A stretch of DNA of 64,000 nucleotides from Eledone cirrhosa. Taxonomy: Eukaryota. Within the stretch, counting starts at the first letter, position 1; every line of letters begins with the position of its first letter. A program made the translations under genes and the position numbers. Shown here one piece after another: positions 14,870 through 27,486 of this stretch. The DNA lies in contig OZ024741.1 of the NCBI GenBank assembly GCA_964016885.1, positions 245,520,001-245,584,000 on the forward strand, read 5' to 3'. The notes below the pieces were generated by a model. It was not told the origin of the DNA. It was given only the letters and a program-made list of their open reading frames with translations, and did no database searches.

Positions 14870-17800
14870 TTAAATGGATTTTTTAATGTATTTTTAATGG
14901 ATTTTTAATGGATTTTTAATGGGTTTTTAATGGATTTTTTTAAATGGATTTTTTTAATGGATTTATAATGGATTTTTTTAATGGATTTTTTTTAATGGGT
15001 TTTTTTTAATGGATTTTTTTTTAATGGATTTTTTTTAATGGGTTTTTTTTTTAATGGATTTTTTTAAATGGATTTTTTAAATGGATTTTTTTAATGGATT
15101 TTTTTAATGGGTTTTTTTAAATGGATTTTTTTAAATGGATTTTTTTTAATGGATTTTTTAAATGAATTTTTTTAATGGATTTTTTTAATGGGTTTTTTAA
15201 ATGGATTTTTTAATGGATTTTTAATGGATTTTTAATGGGTTTTTAATGGATTTTTTAATGGATTTTTTAAATGGATTTTTTTAATGGATTTTTAATGGAT
15301 TTTTTTTAATGGATTTTTTTAATGGATTTTTTAATGGATTTTTTTATGGATTTTTTTTAATGGATTTTTTTTAATGGATTTTTTAAATGGATTTTTTTAA
15401 TGGATTTTTTTAATGGGTTTTTTTTAATGGATTTTTTTTTAATGGATTTTTTAAATGGATTTTTTTAATGGATTTTTTTTAATGGGTTTTTTAAATGGAT
15501 TTTTTAATGGATTTTTAATGGATTTTTAATGGATTTTTAATGGGTTTTTAATGGATTTTTTTAAATGGATTTTTTTAATGGATTTTTAATGGATTTTTTT
15601 AAATTGATTTTTTTTAATGGATTTTTTTTTTAATGGATTTTTATTTAATGGATTTTTTTTAAATGGATTTTTTTTAATGGGTTTTTTAAATGGATTTTTT
15701 AATGGATTTTTAATGGATTTTTAATGGGTTTTTAATGGATTTTTTTAAATGGATTTTTTTAATGGATTTTTAATGGATTTTTTTAAATTGATTTTTTTAA
15801 TGGGTTTTTTTTAATGGCTTTTTTTTAATGGGTTTTTTTAATGGCTTTTTTAAATGGATTTTTTTAATGGATTTTTTTAATGGATTTTTTTTAATGGGTT
15901 TTTTAAATGGATTTTTTAATGGATTTTTTTAAATGGATTTTTTTAATGGATTTTTAATGGATTTTTTTAAATTGATTTTTTTTAATGGATTTTTTTGAAT
16001 GGATTTTTTTTTTAATGGATTTTTTTAATGGGTTTTTTAAATGGATTTTTTAATGGATTTTTAATGGATTTTTAATGGGTTTTTAATGGATTTTTTAAAT
16101 GGATTTTTTTAATGGATTTTTTTTAATGGGTTTTTTAAATGGATTTTTTTAATGGATTTTTAATGTATTTTTAATGGATTTTTAATGTGTTTTTAATGGA
16201 TTTTTTAAATGGATTTTTTTAATGGATTTTTTTAATGGGTTTTTTTTAATGGGTTTTTTTAAATGGATTTTTTTTAATGGATTTTTTAAATGGATTTTTT
16301 AATGGCTTTTTTTAATGGGTTTTTTAAATGGATTTTTTAATGGATTTTTAATGGATTTTTAATGCATTTTTAATGGATTTTTAATGGATTTTTTAATGAG
16401 TTTTTTAAATGGATTTTTTTAATGGATTTTTAATGGATTTTTTTCTATGGATTTTTTTAATGGATTTTTTAAATGGATTTTTTTAATGGATTTTTTTTAA
16501 TGGGTTTTTTAAATGGATTTTTTAATGGATTTTTAATGGATTTTTAATGGATTTTTAATGTGTTTTTAATGGATTTTTTTAATGGATTTTTAATGGATTT
16601 TTTTAAATTGATTTTTTTTAATGGATTTTTTTTTAATGGATTTTTTTTTAATGGATTTTTTTTAATGGATTTTTTTTAATGGGTTTTTTAAATGGATTTT
16701 TTAAATGGATTTTTTTAATGGATTTTTTTTAATGGGTTTTTTAAATGGATTTTTTAATGGATTTTTTTAAATGGATTTTTTTAATGGATTTTTAATGGAT
16801 TTTTTTAAATTGATTTTTTTTAATGGATTTTTTTTAATGGATTTTTTTTTTAATGGATTTTTTTAATGGGTTTTTTTAATGGCTTTTTTAAATGGATTTT
16901 TTTAATGGATTTTTTTAATGGATTTTTTTTAATGGGTTTTTTAAATGGATTTTTTAATGGATTTTTAATGGATTTTTAATGGGTTTTTAATGGATTTTTT
17001 AAATGGATTTTTTTAATGGATTTTTTTTAATGGGTTTTTTAAATGGATTTTTTTAATGGATTTTTAATGGATTTTTAATGGATTTTTAATGGGTTTTTAA
17101 TGGATTTTTTAAATGGATTTTTTTAATGGATTTTTTATGGATTTTTTAAATTGATTTTTTTTAATGGATTTTTTTTAATGGATTTTTTTTAATGGATTTT
17201 TTTTTTTAATGGATTTTTTTTTAATGGGTTTTTTTAATGGCTTTTTTAAATGGATTTTTTTAATGGATTTTTTTAATGGGTTTTTTAAATGGATTTTTTA
17301 ATGGATTTTTAATGGATTTTTAATGGATTTTTAATGGGTTTTTAATGGATTTTTTAAATGGATTTTTTAATGGATTTTTAATGGATTTTTTTAATGGATT
17401 TTTTTTGGGTTTTTTTAAATGGATTTTTTTTTAATGGATTTTTTTTAATGGGTTTTTTTTAATGGATTTTTTTAATGGATTTTTTAAATGGATTTTTTTA
17501 ATGGATTTTTTTTAATGGGTTTTTTTAAATGGATTTTTTTTAATGGATTTTTTAAATGAATTTTTTTAATGGATTTTTTTAATGGGTTTTTTAAATGGAT
17601 TTTTTAATGGATTTTTAATGGATTTTTAATGGGTTTTTAATGGATTTTTTAATGGATTTTTTTAAATGGATTTTTTTAATGGATTTTTAATGGATTTTTT
17701 TTAATGGATTTTTTTAATGGATTTTTTAATGGATTTTTTAATGGATTTTTTTTAATGGATTTTTTTAATGGATTTTTTAAAGGGATTTTTTAATGGATTT

Positions 17801-19960
17801 TTTTAATGGGTTTTTTTTAATGGATTTTTTTTAATGGATTTTTTAAATGGATTTTTTTAATGGATTTTTTTTAATGGGTTTTTTAAATGGATTTTTTAAT
17901 GGATTTTTAATGGATTTTTAATGGATTTTTAATGGGTTTTTAATGGATTTTTTTAAATGGATTTTTTTAATGGATTTTTAATGGATTTTTTTAAATTGAT
18001 TTTTTTTAATGGATTTTTTTTTAATGGATTTTTTTTTAATGGATTTTTTTTTAATGGATTTTTTTTAATGGGTTTTTTAAATGGATTTTTTTAATGGATT
18101 TTTTTAATGGGTTTTTTTTAATGGGTTTTTTTAAATGGATTTTTTTTAATGGATTTTTTAAATGGATTTTTTAATGGCTTTTTTTAATGGGTTTTTTTAA
18201 ATGGATTTTTTAATGGATTTTTAATGGATTTTTAATGCATTTTTAATGGATTTTTAATGGATTTTTTAATGAGTTTTTTAAATGGATTTTTTTAATGGAT
18301 TTTTAATGGATTTTTTTAATGGGTTTTTTTAATGGATTTCTTTTTAATGGATTTATTAAATGGATTTTTTTAATGGATTTTTTTAATGGGTTTTTAAATG
18401 GATTTTTTAATGTATTTTTAATGGATTTTTAATGGATTTTTAATGGGTTTTTAATGGATTTTTTTAAATGGATTTTTTTAATGGATTTATAATGGATTTT
18501 TTTAATGGATTTTTTTTAATGGGTTTTTTTAATGGATTTTTTTTTAATGGATTTTTTTTAATGGGTTTTTTTTTTAATGGATTTTTTTAAATGGATTTTT
18601 TAAATGGATTTTTTTAATGGATTTTTTTAATGGGTTTTTTTAAATGGATTTTTTTAAATGGATTTTTTTTAATGGATTTTTTAAATGAATTTTTTTAATG
18701 GATTTTTTTAATGGGTTTTTTAAATGGATTTTTTAATGGATTTTTAATGGATTTTTAATGGGTTTTTAATGGATTTTTTAATGGATTTTTTTAAATGGAT
18801 TTTTTTAATGGATTTTTAATGGATTTTTTTTAATGGATTTTTTTAATGGATTTTTTAATGGATTTTTTTATGGATTTTTTTTAATGGATTTTTTTTAATG
18901 GATTTTTTAAATGGATTTTTTTAATGGATTTTTTTAATGGGTTTTTTTAATGGATTTTTTTTTAATGGATTTTTTAAATGGATTTTTTTAATGGATTTTT
19001 TTTAATGGGTTTTTTAAATGGATTTTTTAATGGATTTTTAATGGATTTTTAATGGATTTTTAATGGGTTTTTAATGGATTTTTTTAAATGGATTTTTTTA
19101 ATGGATTTTTAATGGATTTTTTTAAATTGATTTTTTTTAATGGATTTTTTTTTTAATGGATTTTTATTTAATGGATTTTTTTTAAATGGATTTTTTTTAA
19201 TGGGTTTTTTAAATGGATTTTTTAATGGATTTTTAATGGATTTTTAATGGGTTTTTAATGGATATTTTTAAATGGATTTTTTTAATGGATTTTTAATGGA
19301 TTTTTTTAAATTGATTTTTTTAATGGGTTTTTTTTAATGGCTTTTTTTTAATGGGTTTTTTTAATGGCTTTTTTAAATGGATTTTTTTAATGGATTTTTT
19401 TAATGGATTTTTTTTAATGGGTTTTTTAAATGGATTTTTTAATGGATTTTTTTACATGGATTTTTTTAATGGATTTTTAATGGATTTTTTTAAATTGATT
19501 TTTTTTAATGGATTTTTTTGAATGGATTTTTTTTTTAATGGATTTTTTTAATGGGTTTTTTAAATGGATTTTTTAATGGATTTTTAATGGATTTTTAATG
19601 GGTTTTTAATGGATTTTTTAAATGGATTTTTTTAATGGATTTTTTTTAATGGGTTTTTTAAATGGATTTTTTTAATGGATTTTTAATGTATTTTTAATGG
19701 ATTTTTAATGGGTTTTTAATGGATTTTTTAAATGGATTTTTTTAATGGATTTTTTTAATGGGTTTTTTTTAATGGGTTTTTTTAAATGGATTTTTTTTAA
19801 TGGATTTTTTAAATGGATTTTTTAATGGCTTTTTTTAATGGGTTTTTTTAATGGATTTTTTAATGGATTTTTAATGGATTTTTAATGCATTTTTAATGGA
19901 TTTTTAATGGATTTTTTAATGAGTTTTTTAAATGGATTTTTTTAATGGATTTTTTTCTAT
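14870..19960 (+). repeat. Two further dispersed copies (offset ~3523) of the ~1.6-kb module also present at ~7560-9120 and ~10720-12320
   Basis: A of GATTTTTATTT 15643/19166, T>G GAATGGA 15997/19520, AATGAG 16395/19918 (+3523). Confidence 0.8.
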
Positions 19961-22199
19961 GGATTTTTTAATGGATTTTTTTTAATGGATTTTTTTTTTT
20001 ATGGATTTTTTTTTAATGGGTTTTTTTAATGGCTTTTTTAAATGGATTTTTAATGGATTTTTAATGGCTTTTTAATGGGTTTTTAATGGATTTTTTTAAA
20101 TGGATTTTTTTAATGGATTTTTAATGGATTTTTTTAAATTGATTTTTTTTAATGGATTTTTTTTTAATGGATTTTTTTTTAATGGATTTTTTTTTAATGG
20201 ATTTTTTTTAATGGGTTTTTTAAATGGATTTTATAAATGGATTTTTTTAATGGATTTTTTTTAATGGGTTTTTTAAATGGATTTTTTAATGGATTTTTTT
20301 AAATGGATTTTTTTAATGGATTTTTAATGGATTTTTTTAAATTGATTTTTTTTAATGGATTTTTTTTAATGGATTTTTTTTTTAATGGATTTTTTTAATG
20401 GGTTTTTTTAATGGCTTTTTTAAATGGATTTTTTTAATGGATTTTTTTAATGGATTTTTTTTAATGGGTTTTTTAAATGGATTTTTTAATGGATTTTTAA
20501 TGGATTTTTAATGGATTTTTAATGGGTTTTTAATGGATTTTTTAAATGGATTTTTTTAATGGATTTTTTTTAATGGGTTTTTTAAATGGATTTTTTTAAT
20601 GGATTTTTAATGGATTTTTAATGGATTTTAATGGGTTTTTAATGGATTTTTTATGGATTTTTTAAATTGATTTTTTTTAATGGATTTTTTTAATGGATTT
20701 TTTTTAATGGATTTTTTTTTTTAATGGATTTTTTTTTAATGGGTTTTTTAATGGCTTTTTTAAATGGATTTTTTTAATGGATTTTTTTAATGGATTTTTT
20801 TAATGGATTTTTTTTTAATGGTTTTTTTAATGGCTTTTTTAAATGGATTTTTTTAATGGATTTTTTTTAATGGGTTTTTTTTTAAAGGATTTTTTTTAAT
20901 GGATTTTTTAAATGGATTTTTTTAATGAATTTTTTTTAATGGGTTTTTTTAAATGGATTTTTTTTAATGGATTTTTTAAATGAATTTTTTTAATGGATTT
21001 TTTTAATGGGTTTTTTAAATGGATTTTTTAATGGATTTTTAATGGATTTTTAATGGGTTTTTAATGGATTTTTTAATGGATTTTTTTAAATGGATTTTTT
21101 TAATGGATTTTTAATGGATTTTTTTTAAAGGATTTTTTTAATGGATTTTTTAATGGATTTTTTAATGGATTTTTTTTAATGGATTTTTTTAATGGATTTT
21201 TTAAATGAATTTTTTTAATGGATTTTTTTAATGTGTTTTTTTTAATGGATTTTTTTTTAATGGATTTGGATTTTTTTAATGGATTTTTTTTAATGGGTTT
21301 TTTAAATGGATTTTTTAATGGATTTTTAATGGATTTTTAATGGATTTTTAATGGGTTTTTAATGGATTTTTTTAAATGGATTTTTTTAATGGATTTTTAA
21401 TGGATTTTTTTAAATTGATTTTTTTTAATGGATTTTTTTTTTAATGGATTTTTTTTTAATGGATTTTTTTTTAATGGATTTTTTTTAATGGGTTTTTTAA
21501 ATGGATTTTATAATGGATTTTTAATGGATTTTTAATGGGTTTTTAATGGATTTTTTAAATGGATTTTTTTAAATTGATTTTTTTAATGGGTTTTTTTAAT
21601 GGCTTTTTTTTAATGGGTTTTTTTAATGGCTTTTTTAAATGGATTTTTTTAATGGATTTTTTAATGGATTTTTTTAATGGGTTTTTTAAATGGATTTTTT
21701 AATGGATTTTTTTAAATGGATTTTTTTAATGGATTTTTAATGGATTTTTTTAAATTGATTTTTTTTAATGGATTTTTTTTAATGGATTTTTTTTTTAATG
21801 GATTTTTTTAATGGGTTTTTTTAATGGCTTTTTTAAATGGATTTTTTTAATGGTTTTTTTTTAATGGGTTTTTAATTGATTTTTAATGGATTTTTAATGG
21901 GTTTTTAATGGATTTTTGAAATGGATTTTTTAATGGATTTTTTTTAATGGGTTTTTTAAATGGATTTTTTTAATGGATTTTTAATGGATTTTTAATGGAT
22001 TTTTTAATGACTTTTTTTAAATGGATTTTTTTAATGGATTTTTAATGGATTTTTTTTAATGGATTTTTTTCAATGGATTTTTTTTAATGGATTTTTTTTT
22101 TTTAATGGATTTTTTTTAATGGGTTTTTTTAATGGCTTTTTTTAATGGATTTTTTTAATGGATTTTTTTAATGGATTTTTTTAATGGGTTTTTTAAATG

Positions 22200-25100
22200 G
22201 ATTTTTTAATGGATTTTTAATGGATTTTTAATGGATTTTTAATGGGTTTTTAATGGATTTTTTTAAATAGATTTTTTTAATGGATTTTTAATGGATTTTT
22301 TTAATGGATTTTTTTAATGGGTTTTTTTAATGGATTTTTTTTTAATGGATTTTTTTTAATGGGTTTTTTTTTAATGGATTTTTTTTAATGGATTTTTTAA
22401 ATGGATTTTTTTAATGGATTTTTTTTAATGGGTTTTTTTAAATGGATTTTTTTTAATGGATTTTTTAAATGAATTTTTTTAATGGATTTTTTTAATGGGT
22501 TTTTTAAATGGATTTTTTAATGGATTTTTAATGGATTTTTAATGGATTTTTAATGGATTTTTTAATGGATTTTTTTAAATGGATTTTTTTAATGGATTTT
22601 TAATGCATTTTTTTTAATGGATTTTTTTAATGGATTTTTTTTTAATGGATTTTTTTTTAATGGATTTTTTTTTAATGAATTTTTTTTAATGGGTTTTTTA
22701 AATGGATTTTTTAATAGATTTTTAATGGATTTTTAATGGGTTTTTAATGGATTTTTTAATGGATTTTTTTAAATGGATTTTTTTAATGGATTTTTAATGG
22801 ATTTTTTTTAATGGATTTTTTTAATGGATTTTTTAATGGATTTTTTAATGGATTTTTTTAAATGGATTTTTTTAATGGATTTTTTAAATGGATTTTTTTA
22901 ATGGATTTTTTTAATGGTTTTTTTTTAATGGATTTTTTTTTTATGGATTTTTTAAATGGATTTTTGTAATGGATTTTTTTTAATGGGTTTTTTAAATGGA
23001 TTTTTTAATGGATTTTTAATGGATTTTTAATGGATTTTTAATGGATTTTTAATGGATTTTTAATGGGTTTTTAATGGATTTTTTTAAATGGATTTTTTTA
23101 ATGGATTTTTAATGGATTTTTTTAATGGATTTTTTTAATGGGTTTTTTTAATGGATTTTTTTTTAATGGATTTTTTTTAATGGGTTTTTTTTAATGGATT
23201 TTTTTTAATGGATTTTTTAAATGGATTTTTTTAATGGATTTTTTTTAATGGATTTTTTTTAATGGATTTTTTAAATGAATTTTTTTAATGGATTTTTTTA
23301 ATGGGTTTTTTAAATGGATTTTTTAATGGATTTTTAATGGATTTTTAATGGATTTTTAATGGATTTTTTAATGGATTTTTTTAAATGGATTTTTTTAATG
23401 GATTTTTAATGCATTTTTTTTAATGGATTTTTTTAATGGATTTTTTTTTTAATGGATTTTTTTTAATGGATTTTTTTTTAATGAATTTTTTTTAATGGGT
23501 TGTTTAAATGGATTTTTTAATGGATTTTTAATGGATTTTTAATGGGTTTTTAATGGATTTTTTAATGGATTTTTTTAAATGGATTTTTTTAATGGATTTT
23601 TAATGGATTTTTTTTAATGGATTTTTTTAATGGATTTTTTAATGGATTTTTTAATGGATTTTTTTTAATGGATTTTTTTAATGGATTTTTTAAATGGATT
23701 TTTTTAATGGATTTTTTTAATGGTTTTTTTTTAATGGATTTTTTTTTAATGGATTTTTTAAATGGATTTTTTTAATGGATTTTTTTTAATGGGTTTTTTA
23801 AATGGATTTTTTAATGGATTTTTAATGGATTTTTAATGGATTTTTAATGGGTTTTTAATGGATTTTTTTAAATGGATTTTTTTAATGGATTTTTAATGGA
23901 TTTTTTTAAATTGATTTTTTTTAATGGATTTTTTTTTTAATGGATTTTTTTTTAATGGATTTTTTTTTAATGGATTTTTTTAATGGGTTTTTTAAATGGA
24001 TTTTTTAATGGATTTTTAATGGATTTATAATGGGTTTTTTTAAATTGATTTTTTTAATGGGTTTTTTTAATGGCTTTTTTTAAATGGGTTTTTTTAATGG
24101 CTTTTTTAAATGGATTTTTTTAATGGATTTTTTAATGGATTTTTTTTAATGGGTTTTTTAAATGGATTTTTTAATGGATTTTTTTAAATGGATTTTTTTA
24201 ATGGATTTTTAATGGATTTTTTTAAATTGATTTTTTTTAATGGATTTTTTTTAATGGATTTTTTTTTTAATGGATTTTTTTAATGGGTTTTTTTAATGGC
24301 TTTTTTAAATGGATTTTTTTAATGGTTTTTTTTTAATGGGTTTTTTAAATGGATTTTTTAATGGATTTTTAATTGATTTTTAATGGATTTTTAATGGGTT
24401 TTTAATGGATTTTTGAAATGGATTTTTTAATGGATTTTTTTTAATGGGTTTTTTAAATGGATTTTTTTAATGGATTTTTAATGGATTTTTAATGGATTTT
24501 TAATGGGTTTTTAATGGATTTTTTAAATGGATTTTTTTAATGGATTTTTAATGGATTTTTTTAATGGATTTGTTTTAATGGTTTCTTTTAATGGATTTTT
24601 TTTTAATGGATTTTTTTTAATGGGTTTTTTTTTAATGGATTTTTTTTAATGGATTTTTTTAATGGATTTTTTTAATGGATTTTTAATGGATTTTTTTTAA
24701 TGGATTTTTTTAATGGATTTTTTAATGGATTTTTTTATGGATTTTTTTTAATGGATTTTTTTTAATGGATTTTTTAAATGGATTTTTTTAATGGGTTTTT
24801 TTAATGGATTTCTTTTTAATGGATTTTTTAAATGGATTTTTTTAATGGATTTTTTTAATGGGTTTTTTAAATGGATTTTTTAATGTATTTTTAATGGATT
24901 TTTAATGGATTTTTAATGGGTTTTTAATGGATTTTTTTTAATGGATTTTTTTAATGGATTTTTAATGGATTTTTTTAATGGATTTTTTTTAATGGGTTTT
25001 TTTTAATGGATTTTTTTTTAATGGATTTTTTTAATGGGTTTTTTAAATGGATTTTTTACTGGATTTTTAATGGATTTTTAATGGGTTTTTAATGGATTTT

Positions 25101-27486
25101 TTTTAAATTGATTTTTTTAATGGGTTTTTTTTAATGGCTTTTTTTTAATGGGTTTATTTAATGGCTTTTTTAAATGGATTTTTTAAATGGATTTTTTTAA
25201 TGGATTTTTTTTAATGGGTTTTTTAAATGGATTTTTTAATGGATTTTTTTAAATTGATTTTTTTTAATGGATTTTTTTTAATGGATTTTTTTTTTAATGG
25301 ATTTTTTTAATGGGTTTTTTTAATGGCTTTTTTAAATGGATTTTTTTAATGGATTTTTTTAATGGATTTTTTTTAATGGGTTTTTTAAATGGATTTTTTA
25401 ATGGATTTTTAATAGATTTTTAATGGATTTTTAATGGGTTTTTAATGGATTTTTTTAAATAGATTTTTTTAATGGATTTTTAATGGATTTTTTTAATGGA
25501 TTTTTTTAATGGGTTTTTTTAATGGATTTTTTTTTAATGGATTTTTTTTAATGGGTTTTTTTTTAATGGATTTTTTTTAATGGATTTTTTAAATGGATTT
25601 TTTTAATGGATTTTTTTTAATGGGTTTTTTTAAATGGATTTTTTTTAATGGATTTTTTAAATGAATTTTTTTAATGGATTTTTTTAATGGGTTTTTTAAA
25701 TGGATTTTTTAATGGATTTTTAATGGATTTTTAATGGATTTTTAATGGATTTTTTAATGGATTTTTTTAAATGGATTTTTTTAATGGATTTTTAATGCAT
25801 TTTTTTTAATGGATTTTTTTAATGGATTTTTTTTTAATGGATTTTTTTTTAATGGATTTTTTTTTAATGAATTTTTTTTAATGGGTTTTTTAAATGGATT
25901 TTTTAATGGATTTTTAATGGATTTTTAATGGGTTTTTAATGGATTTTTTAATGGATTTTTTTAAATGGATTTTTTTAATGGATTTTTAATGGATTTTTTT
26001 TAATGGATTTTTTTAATGGATTTTTTAATGGATTTTTTAATGGATTTTTTTAAATGGATTTTTTTAATGGATTTTTTAAATGGATTTTTTTAATGGATTT
26101 TTTTAATGGTTTTTTTTTAATGGATTTTTTTTTAATGGATTTTTTAAATGGATTTTTGTAATGGATTTTTTTTAATGGGTTTTTTAAATGGATTTTTTAA
26201 TGGATTTTTAATGGATTTTTAATGGATTTTTAATGGATTTTTAATGGATTTTTAATGGGTTTTTAATGGATTTTTTTAAATGGATTTTTTTAATGGATTT
26301 TTAATGGATTTTTTTTTAATGGATTTTTTTAATGGGTTTTTTTTAATGGATTTTTTTTAATGGATTTTTTAAATGGATTTTTTTAATGGATTTTTTTTAA
26401 TGGATTTTTTTTAATGGATTTTTTAAATGAATTTTTTTAATGGATTTTTTTAATGGGTTTTTTAAATGGATTTTTTAATGGATTTTTAATGGATTTTTAA
26501 TGGATTTTTAATGGATTTTTTAATGGATTTTTTTAAATGGATTTTTTTAATGGATTTTTAATGCATTTTTTTTAATGGATTTTTTTAATGGATTTTTTTT
26601 TTAATGGATTTTTTTTTAATGGATTTTTTTTTAATGAATTTTTTTTAATGGGTTTTTTAAATGGATTTTTTAATGGATTTTTAATGGATTTTTAATGGGT
26701 TTTTAATGGATTTTTTAATGGATTTTTTTAAATGGATTTTTTTAATGGATTTTTAATGGATTTTTTTTAATGGATTTTTTTAATGGATTTTTTAATGGAT
26801 TTTTTAATGGATTTTTTTTAATGGATTTTTTTAATGGATTTTTTAAATGGATTTTTTTAATGGATTTTTTTAATGGTTTTTTTTTAATGGATTTTTTTTT
26901 AATGGATTTTTTAAATGGATTTTTTTAATGGATTTTTTTTAATGGGTTTTTTAAATGGATTTTTTAATGGATTTTTAATGGATTTTTAATGGATTTTTAA
27001 TGTGTTTTTAATGGATTTTTTTAAATGGATTTTTTTAATGGATTTTTAATGGATTTTTTTAAATTGATTTTTTTTAATGGATTTTTTTTTTAATGGATTT
27101 TCTTTTAATGGATTTTTTTTAATGGATTTTTTTAATGGGTTTTTTAAATGGATTTTTTAATGGATTTTTAATGGATTTATAATGGGTTTTTTTAAATTGA
27201 TTTTTTTAATGGGTTTTTTTAATGGCTTTTTTTAAATGGGTTTTTTTAATGGCTTTTTTAAATGGATTTTTTTAATGGATTTTTTAATGGATTTTTTTTA
27301 ATGGGTTTTTTAAATGGATTTTTTAATGGATTTTTTTAAATGGATTTTTTTAATGGATTTTTAATGGATTTTTTTAAATTGATTTTTTTTAATGGATTTT
27401 TTTTAATGGATTTTTTTTTTAATGGATTTTTTTAATGGGTTTTTTTAATGGCTTTTTTAAATGGATTTTTTTAATGGTTTTTTTTT
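22200..27486 (+). repeat. ~3.1-3.2-kb repeat containing a ~0.8-kb tandem dimer
   Basis: AAATAGA 22265/25457 and G of TTTTTGTAAT 22966/26158 (+3192). AATGCA-T8 at 22602/23408 (+806) and 25794/26560 (+766). Confidence 0.8.

Larger units (their letters stand above)
8685..27486 (+). repeat. 18.8-kb higher-order tandem duplication, copy 1
   Basis: Rare markers recur at a near-constant offset: GGATTATT 12801/31603, AATGGGG 13301/32103, AAAGGA 13661/32463, ORF 13847/32649 (all +18802); GATATTTT 19261/38062 (+18801); TGGATTTGGA 21261/40061, CAATGG 22071/40871, TGTTTAAATG 23501/42301 (+18800). The match fails upstream of ~8680. Confidence 0.95.
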
